This document shows positions 29,751 to 39,168 of a stretch of 64,000 nucleotides of DNA, in pieces. The DNA lies in contig JAACED010000003.1 of NCBI GenBank assembly GCA_011682695.1, forward strand, positions 37-64,036. The letters run 5' to 3'. The notes beneath the pieces are model-generated. The model did not search any database. It was not told the DNA's origin and was given only the letters and a program-made list of their open reading frames with translations. This DNA comes from Gammaproteobacteria bacterium (GTDB taxonomy: Bacteria > Actinomycetota > Acidimicrobiia > Spongiisociales > UBA4744). Position 1 is the stretch's first letter; the number at the start of each line of letters is the position of its first letter. A program made the position numbers and the translations under genes.

Positions 29751-31520
29751 CTATCGGATGATCGCGATGACCTGTCCGGGCGAAACGGTGTCCCCGGGGC
29801 GGATCTTGAGCTCGATGACCTCACCATCGACGGGGGCTCGCACCTCGTTCTCCATCTTCATCGCTTCGAGCACACAGATCGGATCGCCGCTCCTGACGTG
29901 ATCACCGGACTCCACGTGGACTTTGACGATCGTCCCCTGCATCGGAGCGGTGATGATCCCGGCGTCGTCGGAGGAGAGCGCCGCGCTGCGGGCGAGCTTC
30001 GGTGGTTTGCGTCGTGGACGCCCGCCGGTCGTGGCCGGAGCCTCTGGAGCCCAGAACGTCACCGTGTACCGACGGCCGGAGACTTCGACCGTCATGTCCC
30101 TGCGGGCGAGCGCTTCGTCCTCAGCGAGCGGCGGGGCGATCGACTGCACCAGATCGGAGAAGTCGAGGTTGCTCTCGACGAAGCCCGTGTGGTGCTTGCC
30201 TTTGAGAAACGTATCGCTCTCCAGCATCCTGAGATGGGCGGGGATGGTGGTGGGGACCCCGACGATTCGGAACTCGCGCAGTGCCCGCCTTCCCCTCGCG
30301 ATGGCCTGCTCCCTGGTCCGGCCCCAGGTGATGAGTTTGGCGATCAGCGTGTCGTAGTAACGGCTGATCTCCGAACCTGTCGTCACCCCGGAGTCGACCC
30401 GCACCCCGAAGCCGGCGGGTTCGCGGTAGTCGACGATGCGTCCGGGGTTCGGCAGGAAATCGTGAGCAGGGTCCTCCGCGTTGATACGGAACTCGATGGC
30501 GTGGCCAGAACGCTTCGGGGCAGTGAATGACAGCGGCTCTCCGCGGGCAACTTTGATCTGCTCCGCGACGAGATCGATGCCCGTCACCATCTCGGTGACG
30601 GTGTGCTCCACCTGCAGCCGGGTGTTCATCTCCAAGAAGTAGAAGTTGTCTTCCTTGTCGACGAGAAACTCGACGGTTCCGGCTCCCCGGTAATCACAGG
30701 CTTTCGCCATTTGTACCGCGGAGCGACCGATCGCCTTTCGCAGGCGGTCGGCGAGGCCTGCCGCGGGGGTCTCCTCGATGAGTTTCTGGTGGCGGCGCTG
30801 CAATGAGCAGTCCCGTTCGCCCAGGAAGACGGTGTGCCCATGGTCGTCGGCGAAGATCTGCGCCTCGATGTGCCGAGGCTCCTCGATGTACTTCTCGACG
30901 TACAGCTCGGAGCTACCGAAGTACGCCTCGGCCTCCCGACGTGCTCCCTCGACTGCGGCTTGCAGCTCGGAAGCGTCGTGGACGATTCGCAATCCTTTCC
31001 CACCGCCGCCATGGGATGCTTTGACCGCAACCGGAAAGCCGAACTCGACGGCTGCCGTGAATGCATCCTCGGTGGAGGCGAGCGGCTCGGTCGTGCCGGG
31101 GACCAGCGGTACACCCGCCTTGGCAGCCGCCTGCCGGGCGGTGATCTTGGAGCCCATCATGATGATCGCCTCCGGCGGTGGACCGACCCAGATCATGCCG
31201 GCGTCCATCACCGCCTGGGCGAAGTCGGAGTTCTCCGCGAGGAATCCGTAGCCCGGATGGATCGCGTCGGCTCCCGTCTCCTTTGCCACCCGAATGATGC
31301 GATGGGCGTCGAGGTACGACTCGGATGACGGTGCCGGCCCGATGTTCCACGCTTCGTCCGCGACCTGTGTGTGGAGGGCGTCCCGGTCGAGTTCGGAGTA
31401 GACGGCGATCGTTCGTATTCCCATCTCTCGAGCCGACCGGAGGACACGAACCGCGATCTCGCCGCGGTTCGCAACGAGGAGGGCCTTGATCGATCGCGGG
31501 GGTTGGTTCTTGGGGCTCAC
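29751..31520 (-). CDS. accA: Acetyl-/propionyl-CoA carboxylase alpha subunit (biotin carboxylase + C-terminal biotinyl/BCCP domain)
   Basis: N-terminus …IKALLVANRGEIAVRVLRSAREMGIRTIAVYSE…. C-terminal biotinylation motif EAMKMEN. Confidence 0.9.
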   Translation of the reverse strand: MSPKNQPPRSIKALLVANRGEIAVRVLRSAREMGIRTIAVYSELDRDALHTQVADEAWNIGPAPSSESYLDAHRIIRVAKETGADAIHPGYGFLAENSDFAQAVMDAGMIWVGPPPEAIIMMGSKITARQAAAKAGVPLVPGTTEPLASTEDAFTAAVEFGFPVAVKASHGGGGKGLRIVHDASELQAAVEGARREAEAYFGSSELYVEKYIEEPRHIEAQIFADDHGHTVFLGERDCSLQRRHQKLIEETPAAGLADRLRKAIGRSAVQMAKACDYRGAGTVEFLVDKEDNFYFLEMNTRLQVEHTVTEMVTGIDLVAEQIKVARGEPLSFTAPKRSGHAIEFRINAEDPAHDFLPNPGRIVDYREPAGFGVRVDSGVTTGSEISRYYDTLIAKLITWGRTREQAIARGRRALREFRIVGVPTTIPAHLRMLESDTFLKGKHHTGFVESNLDFSDLVQSIAPPLAEDEALARRDMTVEVSGRRYTVTFWAPEAPATTGGRPRRKPPKLARSAALSSDDAGIITAPMQGTIVKVHVESGDHVRSGDPICVLEAMKMENEVRAPVDGEVIELKIRPGDTVSPGQVIAIIR

Positions 31521-33067
31521 AGGGGGATGTTCCCATGCTTCTTGGCAGGGAGTGACTCTCGTTTCGTGCGCAGCATTTCCATCACCCTGATCAGTTTGGG
31601 TCGCGTCACACTCGGCTCGATGACCTCGTCGACGAGTCCGAGTTCTGCCGCACGGTACGGGTTGTTGAACTTGTTTTCGTAATCCGCGATGAGTTCCGCT
31701 CGCTTCGCATCGGGGTCGTCTGCGGCGGCGAGTTCACGACGGAACACGATGTTCACCGCACCCTGGGCGCCCATCACGGCGATCTCTGCGGACGGCCACG
31801 CATAGACGAGGTCGGCTCGGATGCCGCGTGAGTTCATGACGACATACGCTCCGCCGTACGCCTTGCGGGTGATCACGGTCACCCGTGGAACGGTCGCCTC
31901 GCTGTATGCGTACAGCAGCTTGGCTCCGTGGCGGATGATGCCGTTGTGTTCCTGATCCACGCCGGGGAGAAAGCCGGGCACGTCGACGAATGTGATGAGG
32001 GGGATGTTGAAGGCATCACAGAAGCGGACGAAGCGGGCGCCTTTGATCGATGCAGTGATGTCGAGCGTTCCGGCCAGTACGGAGGGCTGGTTGGCGACGA
32101 TGCCGACGCTGTAGCCGTCGAGCCGGGCGAGACCGACGACGATGTTCTGCGCCCAGTGTTCGTGCACCTGATAGAACTCGCCGTCGTCGACGACGCGCTC
32201 GATGATGTCGACGACGTCGTAGGGGTGGTTGGCCGAGTCGGGAATGATCGAATCGAGCGCCGATTCGATACGGTCGGCCTGGTCACCCGGCGTGTAGCGG
32301 GGCGGCGCCTCCATGTTGTTCTGTGGCAGGAACGACAGCAGATACCGGACCTGTTCGAGGGCGTCGGAGCCGTCAGAGGCCACGAAGTGTGTGACCCCGG
32401 ACGTGCCCGCGTGGGCGGCCGCGCCGCCGAGTTCCTCGAAGGTGACTTCCTCTCCGGTGACCGCCCGGATGACATCAGGCCCCGTGATGAAGAGGTGGCT
32501 CGAACCTTGCACCTGAAAGACGAAGTCGGTGATCGCAGGTGAGTAGACGGCACCGCCGGCGCAGGGTCCCATGATGACGGAAATCTGCGGGATGACGCCC
32601 GAAGCCCGGACGTTGCGTTCGAAGATGCGACCGTAGCCGTCGAGCGACGCCACACCCTCCTGGATGCGGGCGCCACCGGAGTCCTTCAATCCGATCAGTG
32701 GTGCACCGGTTTGCAGGGCCGCGTCCAAGACCTTGACGATCTTGTCGCTCACTGCACGACCGAGCGACCCGCCGAATACGGTGAAGTCCTCGGCGAAGAC
32801 GAAGACGGTCCGACCGTCGATCGTTCCCCAGCCGGTGACGACGGCGTCACCTGGCGGGCGCTTGTTCTCGATACCGAAGCCGCTCACCTGGTGGCGAACG
32901 AACATGTCGATCTCCTGAAAGGATCCTTTGTCCAGGAGTGTTTCGAGGCGCTCGCGTGCTGTCAGTTTGCCGAGTTCATGTTGTCGATCGACCGCCCGCT
33001 GACCCCCCGAGTGGATCGCCTCGTCTTGCAGCCTGCGGAGATCTTCAATGCGTTCTTCTGTGCCCAT
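31517..33067 (-). CDS. pccB: Acyl-CoA carboxylase carboxyltransferase beta subunit (PccB/AccD5-like)
   Basis: ATG at 33067. N-terminus MGTEERIEDLRRLQDEAIHSGGQRAVDRQHELGKLTARERL is the typical PccB N-terminus. 4-bp overlap with accA. The track ORF extends further upstream without support. Confidence 0.9.
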   Translation of the reverse strand: MGTEERIEDLRRLQDEAIHSGGQRAVDRQHELGKLTARERLETLLDKGSFQEIDMFVRHQVSGFGIENKRPPGDAVVTGWGTIDGRTVFVFAEDFTVFGGSLGRAVSDKIVKVLDAALQTGAPLIGLKDSGGARIQEGVASLDGYGRIFERNVRASGVIPQISVIMGPCAGGAVYSPAITDFVFQVQGSSHLFITGPDVIRAVTGEEVTFEELGGAAAHAGTSGVTHFVASDGSDALEQVRYLLSFLPQNNMEAPPRYTPGDQADRIESALDSIIPDSANHPYDVVDIIERVVDDGEFYQVHEHWAQNIVVGLARLDGYSVGIVANQPSVLAGTLDITASIKGARFVRFCDAFNIPLITFVDVPGFLPGVDQEHNGIIRHGAKLLYAYSEATVPRVTVITRKAYGGAYVVMNSRGIRADLVYAWPSAEIAVMGAQGAVNIVFRRELAAADDPDAKRAELIADYENKFNNPYRAAELGLVDEVIEPSVTRPKLIRVMEMLRTKRESLPAKKHGNIPL

Positions 33068-33092
33068 GCGTAGATTGCCCTTTGACTCCGAG

Positions 33093-33764
33093 ATGGACGG
33101 AATGGCTACACGATACGCTCTCACGCTGCTCGATGACGTGACTTCCACCCAGGATGAGGCCCGGTCCCGGCACCGAGGGAAGCCGCTTCTGGTCGTCGCC
33201 GGACGCCAAAGGGCCGGTCGTGGCCGGTCGGGGAGGCGCTGGGAGAACGCTCCTCGGGCGGTGGCAGCGTCACTTGCTTTCTCACCGGATTGGCCGCGAC
33301 GGACATGGCCCAGGCTCTCGCTTACTGCGGGGCTCGCGGCACGCGACGTCTTCGGTTTCGACCTGAAATGGCCCAACGATCTCATCGCCGGCGGCCGGAA
33401 GACCGGTGGCCTGCTCGCGGAGAGCGGGGAGAATCTGGTGGTGGTGGGCCTCGGCGTCAACCTCTGGTGGCCCGATGCTCCCTCCGATTTCGGTGCCCTG
33501 TACGGCGATGACCCCGGACCGGACGCCGCCGCCGATCACGCGGGCCGGTGGGCGGACGCCCTGCTGTCGCGTGCGGATCGGGGACCGGAGGGATGGGGGA
33601 TCGATGAATACCGGGTGGCCTGTACGACGATCGGGAGGCACATTCGCTGGGAGCCGGGCGGCGAGGGTGTCGCCGTGGACGTCGCCGACGACGGGCGGCT
33701 CATCGTGGAGACATCCGAGGGCCGGATCGAGCTGGCGTCCGGAGAGGTGCGAGAGATCCGGTGA
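33093..33764 (+). CDS. birA: Biotin--[acetyl-CoA-carboxylase] ligase (BirA, ligase-only form)
   Basis: Motif VVAGRQRAGRGRSGRRW (the GRGRxGRxW biotin-binding loop). Divergent from pccB. The start may be the ATG at 33093 or the one at 33102. Confidence 0.75.
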   Translation: MDGMATRYALTLLDDVTSTQDEARSRHRGKPLLVVAGRQRAGRGRSGRRWENAPRAVAASLAFSPDWPRRTWPRLSLTAGLAARDVFGFDLKWPNDLIAGGRKTGGLLAESGENLVVVGLGVNLWWPDAPSDFGALYGDDPGPDAAADHAGRWADALLSRADRGPEGWGIDEYRVACTTIGRHIRWEPGGEGVAVDVADDGRLIVETSEGRIELASGEVREIR

Positions 33765-33827
33765 CTCGGGGGTGGAGCACTTTTGGTGGTCTCGTGTGCC
33801 ATCAGGGTCGCTACGCTTGGATGTCCG

Positions 33828-35159
33828 ATGGCTCGATCTTCAGCCCAGACCAGCAAACATCCACGCGCGAGAAAGTGGCTCCGCCGCGGTCTCATCGTGT
33901 TGCTCGTGGTCGCGAACGTGGTGGTGTTCGGCGCCATCTTCACTGCACGTAATCTCTCACAGACCTTCGAAGCCAACCTCACGCGGGATACCGATGTCGT
34001 GCAGGCGCTCACTCCCACGTCGGCTCAGGCGAGCGGCGGTGATGGCGACACGGTTCACCAGCCGCCCTCCACTTTCCTGATCCTTGGATCCGACTCGAGA
34101 GCCGATCTCGACGAGGATCTCGAAGGGAACTTCGGCACCACCGCTGCGGGAGCGCGCGCCGACGTGATCATGCTCATGCAGATCTTCCCGGACGAACACA
34201 GGGCACAGGTGCTGAGCCTTCCCAGGGATCTGAAGGTCGACATCGAAGGCTATGGGACCAACAAGATCAACGCCGCATACGCGTTCGGGGGAAGTGAGTT
34301 GGTGGTCCGGACCGTCAAGCAGGCGACGGGGCTCCCGATCCACCACTACGTGGAGGTCGACTTTTCGGGCTTTGCGGCGATCGTGGATCAACTCGGCGGC
34401 ATCACGATCGATTTTCCGTACCCTGCGAGAGACACGCACTCGGGTTTCGCCGTCGACGCCGGCCATCAGACGCTCGACGGCTCGTCCGCACTCGCGTATG
34501 CGCGGTCCCGCCATTACCAGGAGCGACGCAACGGGTCCTGGGTCTCGGTCGACGGCGGCGATATCGGCCGCACGAGACGGCAACAGCAAATCATCCTCGC
34601 GATCCTGACGGAGTTGAAGCAGCCGTCGTCCATTGCGGACGCGAGCGGCATCCTGGAAGCGTTCGCAGGGTATGTCACCGTCGACGCGACGCTGTCGCAG
34701 AAGACGCTGCTCGACCTCGCCTGGGCGATGCGCTCGATCGACGCTTCGTCGATCGAGGCCGTCACGCTGCCGACCTACGGCAAGATGATCGACGGACACT
34801 CCTATCAGCTGCCGAAGGAGCCGGACGCGTCGCAGGTGATCGCGGCATTCGCCGCAGGCGAGTCTCTCCAAGCGAAAACCGAAGGGCCGATCCGTGTTCA
34901 AGTGCTCAATGGCAACGGCATCGCCGGGGCAGCGGGCCGTGCTGCAGCGTTGCTCGACTCGCCGACGTTCGAGGTCGCCGATATCGGTGACGCGGACTCG
35001 AGCGATTTCGCAACCACCGTGATCCTGGCTCGATCCGATCGCCATCGGCTCGCCGAGGCGGTCGCCGACGCCCTCGGATTCGGAACCGTGAGCTTCGGTA
35101 CCGTCCCAAATGACATCGATGTCGTCGTCATCGTCGGCAAAGACGCACCCGCCGCCTGA
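33828..35159 (+). CDS. LytR-CpsA-Psr (LCP) family cell-wall glycopolymer ligase with a C-terminal LytR_C-like domain
   Basis: N-terminal TM anchor (LIVLLVVANVVVFGAIF). LCP core …HHYVEVDFSGFAAIVDQLGGITIDFPYPARD…DGSSALAYARSRHY…. Confidence 0.8.
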   Translation: MARSSAQTSKHPRARKWLRRGLIVLLVVANVVVFGAIFTARNLSQTFEANLTRDTDVVQALTPTSAQASGGDGDTVHQPPSTFLILGSDSRADLDEDLEGNFGTTAAGARADVIMLMQIFPDEHRAQVLSLPRDLKVDIEGYGTNKINAAYAFGGSELVVRTVKQATGLPIHHYVEVDFSGFAAIVDQLGGITIDFPYPARDTHSGFAVDAGHQTLDGSSALAYARSRHYQERRNGSWVSVDGGDIGRTRRQQQIILAILTELKQPSSIADASGILEAFAGYVTVDATLSQKTLLDLAWAMRSIDASSIEAVTLPTYGKMIDGHSYQLPKEPDASQVIAAFAAGESLQAKTEGPIRVQVLNGNGIAGAAGRAAALLDSPTFEVADIGDADSSDFATTVILARSDRHRLAEAVADALGFGTVSFGTVPNDIDVVVIVGKDAPAA

Positions 35160-35305
35160 ACCTGAAGGCCCGTCGCGCAATGCATGGCACGCGTCTCGAC
35201 ATTGCCGAGGAGCTCAGTCAGGAAGCCGGCTTCCAGCCTCCAGCCCCCGACTTCCAGCAGGAGCCGCGACGCTCGCCCTACGGTCTCGAGGCCGGGTAGG
35301 TCGCG

Positions 35306-35336
35306 ATACGAAGCACGAAGTACGAGATACGTGAGT
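35306..35336. repeat. Heptamer-repeat motif (cgaagCAcgaagTAcgag…cgtgagt) upstream of ugd, inverted relative to the array at 36696-36723
   Basis: atacgaagcacgaagtacgagatacgtgagt is compared with the downstream ggtacttcgtacttcgtacttcgtgagt. Confidence 0.45.
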
Positions 35337-35421
35337 AGGCGAGCGACGCGCACAGCGCCGCTCTACGCACAGGCATCTTTCATTCAACAGACCCCCGATC
35401 GAGGTGAGTAGCCTCTGGCGG

Positions 35422-36693
35422 ATGAAAGTAGCTGTCATTGGAGCGGGATACGTCGGACTCGCCACGGCCGTCGGACTTTCGTCGCTGGGCCACGAGGTCG
35501 CCGTGGGCGAGCGGAGCGCCGAGAGAGTCGGGATGCTCCGTTCCGGCCAGTCACCCATCTTCGAACCCGAACTCACCGCCATGCTCAGGACGGGGAGCGA
35601 GGCAGGCCGGCTCTCGTTCCACACTTCCAACGTCGATGCCGTGGCCGGGGCAGAGGTCGTGTTCTTGGCCGTTCCGACACCGCAGAGCGAGGACGGCGCC
35701 GCCGACACCTCCATTGTGTATGCGGTCCTGGACGAGATCGTGGGAAGTCTGATCGACGGGGCACTGGTCGTACTGAAGTCGACGGTGCCCGTGGGATCGG
35801 TGTCGAAGGTGCAAGCCCGACTCGATCAGCAGGGAGCTCGCGCAACCGTGGTCAGCAACCCGGAGTTCCTACGCGAAGGTTCGGCGATTTCGGACTTCCT
35901 GCATCCTGACCGGATCGTGATCGGCACTGACGATCAGCGGGCGGCCGAGGTCATGATCGAGCTGTACCGCGGGCTGCAAGCGCCGATCGTCGTCACCGAC
36001 CCGGTCTCATCGGAGATGGTCAAGTACGCGGCGAACGCCTTTCTAGCGACCAGGATCACGTTCGCCAACGCCGTCGCCAGGCTTTGTGAGGCGGTCGGAG
36101 CGGATGTCAAGGACGTGCTTCTCGGCATGGGGTACGACAGCAGGATTGGTTTTCACTTCTTCAACCCCGGTCCCGGTTTCGGAGGGTCGTGTTTTCCAAA
36201 GGACACGAGTGCGCTCGTGGCAATCGCGGAAGATGCCGGATACGACTTCGCGTTGCTCAAGAGTGTCATTCGGATCAACGAGATTCAGCGCGAGCACGTC
36301 GTCGATCACGTGCGGACGGGCGCCGGGGGGACGTTGCGTGGCCGCACGGTCGGAGTGTGGGGACTCGCGTTCAAGGCAGGCACCGACGACACACGGTCAT
36401 CACCCGCGCTCGCCATTGCCGAACGACTCATCGAGGAGGGATGCTCCTTGCGAGCACACGATCCCCAGGCCGTGGTGTCCATGCCCGGGCTGTCCCAGGT
36501 CGACACGCCGCTCGACGCGGTGCGTGGCGCCGATGTGCTCCTCATCACGACCGAGTGGCCTGACTACCAAGGTGTCGATCTGCACGAGGTTGCGCAGCTG
36601 ATGAGCGGCGACAGCGTGGTCGACGCCCGCAACCTGCTCGATCCGGACGCCGTGCGGCGCCTCGGACTGCGCTATCAGGGGATCGGACGCTAG
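35422..36693 (+). CDS. ugd: UDP-glucose 6-dehydrogenase
   Basis: N-terminus MKVAVIGAGYVGLATAVGLSSLGHEV. Family catalytic region GFGGSCFPKD. Confidence 0.85.
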   Translation: MKVAVIGAGYVGLATAVGLSSLGHEVAVGERSAERVGMLRSGQSPIFEPELTAMLRTGSEAGRLSFHTSNVDAVAGAEVVFLAVPTPQSEDGAADTSIVYAVLDEIVGSLIDGALVVLKSTVPVGSVSKVQARLDQQGARATVVSNPEFLREGSAISDFLHPDRIVIGTDDQRAAEVMIELYRGLQAPIVVTDPVSSEMVKYAANAFLATRITFANAVARLCEAVGADVKDVLLGMGYDSRIGFHFFNPGPGFGGSCFPKDTSALVAIAEDAGYDFALLKSVIRINEIQREHVVDHVRTGAGGTLRGRTVGVWGLAFKAGTDDTRSSPALAIAERLIEEGCSLRAHDPQAVVSMPGLSQVDTPLDAVRGADVLLITTEWPDYQGVDLHEVAQLMSGDSVVDARNLLDPDAVRRLGLRYQGIGR

Positions 36694-36695
36694 TC

Positions 36696-36723
36696 GGTAC
36701 TTCGTACTTCGTACTTCGTGAGT
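36696..36723. repeat. (GTACTTC)x3 heptamer tandem repeat immediately downstream of the ugd stop
   Basis: ggtacttcgtacttcgtacttcgtgagt. Confidence 0.6.
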
Positions 36724-36753
36724 GTCGTCGTGGTGGGAATGCACTGCTGTGTG

Positions 36754-37473
36754 ATGGCTAGCCTGCACAGGGTGAAACTCTCCATCCTCATTCCGGTGTA
36801 CAACGAACGTGGCACGGTGGGGGAGGCGGTCCGTCGAGCGCGGACCGTCGAACTCCCGATCGAGCGGGAGATCATCATCATTGACGACGGTTCGACCGAC
36901 GGGACCGCCGAGATCGTCGACCAGCTGGCAGACTCCACCGTTCGTGTCGTGCATCAGCCGGAGAACAAGGGCAAAGGCGCGGCGATTCGCCGCGGCATCG
37001 AAGCATCGAACGGCGACTGGGTGATCATCTACGACGCAGACCTGGAGTATGACCCGAGAGACTGGCCCGCCCTTCTGCGGCCGGCGCTCGAAGGGGATTC
37101 CCGGGTCGTGTACGGGTCGCGCTTCACCGGTGAACGTCGCAACATGCTGTTTTGGCATTGGGTCGGAAACCGCTTTCTCAGCTTGACGACCAACGTGCTC
37201 TACAACACGACGCTGTCCGACATGGAGACCTGTTCCAAGCTGATCGAAGGTGATCTCGCACGTTCCCTGAAGCTCACGGCCAACCGGTTCGACATCGAAC
37301 CCGAGATCACGGCCAAACTTCTCCGGCTCGGGAATCGCATCTACGAGGTCCCCATCCGCTACACCGGGCGTGAGGTCGAAGAGGGCAAGAAGATCACCTG
37401 GCGTGACGGCCTGCCGGCCCTCTGGCGGCTCATCGCCGTCCGGTTCGTGAGGAAGGGTTCGATTACGCGATGA
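36754..37473 (+). CDS. Glycosyltransferase family 2, polyprenol-phosphate sugar synthase type (DPM1/ArnC/GtrB-like)
   Basis: KLSILIPVYNERGTVGEAV…IIIIDDGSTDGT…. The ATG at 36754 was chosen. The track ORF starts at a GTG at 36718. Confidence 0.75.
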   Translation: MASLHRVKLSILIPVYNERGTVGEAVRRARTVELPIEREIIIIDDGSTDGTAEIVDQLADSTVRVVHQPENKGKGAAIRRGIEASNGDWVIIYDADLEYDPRDWPALLRPALEGDSRVVYGSRFTGERRNMLFWHWVGNRFLSLTTNVLYNTTLSDMETCSKLIEGDLARSLKLTANRFDIEPEITAKLLRLGNRIYEVPIRYTGREVEEGKKITWRDGLPALWRLIAVRFVRKGSITR

Positions 37474-38399
37474 AAGCCATGGTCACCGGAGGGGCAGGGT
37501 TCATCGGCTCGCACGTGGTTGATCGTCTCGTCGACGAAGGCTGGGAAGTGCTCGTCGTCGACGACCTCTCCGTCGGTCGCATCAGCAACCTGGCAGACGC
37601 TCGGGCTCGAGGCAAGGTGCAGTTCCACCAGGTCGACATCCGCGAGGATGCCTTCGTTACCGTCACCGAGCGGTTTCGTCCCGAAGTGATCTTCCACCTC
37701 GCGGCACAGGCGTCCGTGCCGGTGTCGGCCCGCGATCCGCTGTTCGATGCTTCCGTGAACATCCTTGGCACCATCAACGTGCTCGAGGCTGCCGGACTCG
37801 TCGAAGCGATCCGCGTCGTCGCAGCGTCATCCGGCGGGGCGATCTACGGAGGCGGTGTGAGACTTCCGGTGAAGGAGTCATACACGAAGCATCCGGACTC
37901 GCCCTATGGGATCTCCAAGAAGGTGGTGGAGGACTACTTCCGCTACTACCGAAACACGACGGGGGTCGACTATCTGCTCGCTGCTTTCTCCAACGTGTAT
38001 GGGCCCCGGCAGGACCCTTTGGGGGAAGCCGGCGTCGTGTCGATCTTCTCCAAGCTGATGCTCGAGGGAAGGCGTCCGGTGATCTTCGGCGACGGCGACC
38101 AGACACGGGACTACGTGTTCGTCACCGATGTCGTCGATGCGTGCGTCCGTGCCGGCGGTGTGGGCGGAGGGCGACTGGTCAACATCGGTACCGGTGTCGA
38201 GACGTCGGTCATCGAACTGTTCAGAATGCTTGCCGACATCATCGGATTCGACAAGAACCCTGTTTTCGGGGACCCGAGGCCGGGCGACATCGCCCGCTCG
38301 GTGGTCGATCCGACGGCTGCTTTCAAGTATCTCGGCTGGCGGGCGTGGACTCCGTTGGAACAGGGTCTTTGCAAGACCGTGGAGTCGTTCCGGGAGTAG
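37470..38399 (+). CDS. NAD-dependent nucleotide-sugar epimerase/dehydratase (extended SDR; UDP-glucuronate decarboxylase or 4-epimerase-like)
   Basis: ATGA overlap with the upstream gene. MKAMVTGGAGFIGSHVVDRL…. Catalytic YxxxK (YGISKKVVE). Confidence 0.8.
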   Translation: MKAMVTGGAGFIGSHVVDRLVDEGWEVLVVDDLSVGRISNLADARARGKVQFHQVDIREDAFVTVTERFRPEVIFHLAAQASVPVSARDPLFDASVNILGTINVLEAAGLVEAIRVVAASSGGAIYGGGVRLPVKESYTKHPDSPYGISKKVVEDYFRYYRNTTGVDYLLAAFSNVYGPRQDPLGEAGVVSIFSKLMLEGRRPVIFGDGDQTRDYVFVTDVVDACVRAGGVGGGRLVNIGTGVETSVIELFRMLADIIGFDKNPVFGDPRPGDIARSVVDPTAAFKYLGWRAWTPLEQGLCKTVESFRE

Positions 38400-38469
38400 G
38401 GGGAGGCGAGACACCTCCAGCCGGTTCGCCGCCGACGCTCCTCACCCACGTCCCCTGCGGAGAAGGGGC

Positions 38470-39168
38470 TCAGCGGAACAGATCCTCATCCGGCGGGCGG
38501 ACCAGATCTGTGGCGCGGCCTTCTCCCTTGGCCCACGAGAGTCCGCGAACGATCGCGACCGGGATCCCTTCGGCCTTGCCCATGACCAGGTCCGCCGCCG
38601 CGGCGATCTCATCGACGAGCGCGACTTCGGTCGCTTCGAGCTCCCTGCCCCACGTGTCGGTGGTGCCCCGGTAGTCGTGGATGGCAGGCATGCCGGACAC
38701 GCCGATCGCCACGTCGGTCAGACCGCGTCGCCAGGCCCTGCCGAAGGTATCGGTGACGATCACCGCGAGGCGCTTGTGCGAGGCGTGCTCGAATCGCAGG
38801 CGAAGCCGATGTGCCGATCGATCCGGATCGCGAGGATGCAGCGCCACCTGGCCGGGTTCCATGTTGGAGCGGTCAACGCCCGCGTTGGCGCAGATGAATC
38901 CCTGCCGGGTCACTGTGATCATCAGATCCCCACGGCGTCTGATCACCGCCGCCGCCTCCTGTTCTTTGAGCGCCCGGTACTCGGCGTCGGATGCATACCG
39001 TGCCGTTGCCCCCTCAGCCTTGGAGACCACCTTGTGCGTCACGACGAGGATGTCGTCGTGTTGGAGATCAAGACCGGCAGCGTCTATTGCTTCGAGGAGC
39101 ACTTCGGCGAGATCGGCGCCCGGTTGCACCTCACCGATCCCGGGCACCGGGATGATCGAAAGTGTCAC
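38470..39168 (-). CDS. cofE: Coenzyme F420-0:L-glutamate ligase (CofE), stand-alone form
   Basis: 232 aa. Blocks …GFICANAGVDRSN… and …IVTDTFGRAWRRGLTDVAIG… are typical of CofE. There is no nitroreductase (FbiB C-terminal) domain. Confidence 0.75.
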   Translation of the reverse strand: MTLSIIPVPGIGEVQPGADLAEVLLEAIDAAGLDLQHDDILVVTHKVVSKAEGATARYASDAEYRALKEQEAAAVIRRRGDLMITVTRQGFICANAGVDRSNMEPGQVALHPRDPDRSAHRLRLRFEHASHKRLAVIVTDTFGRAWRRGLTDVAIGVSGMPAIHDYRGTTDTWGRELEATEVALVDEIAAAADLVMGKAEGIPVAIVRGLSWAKGEGRATDLVRPPDEDLFR

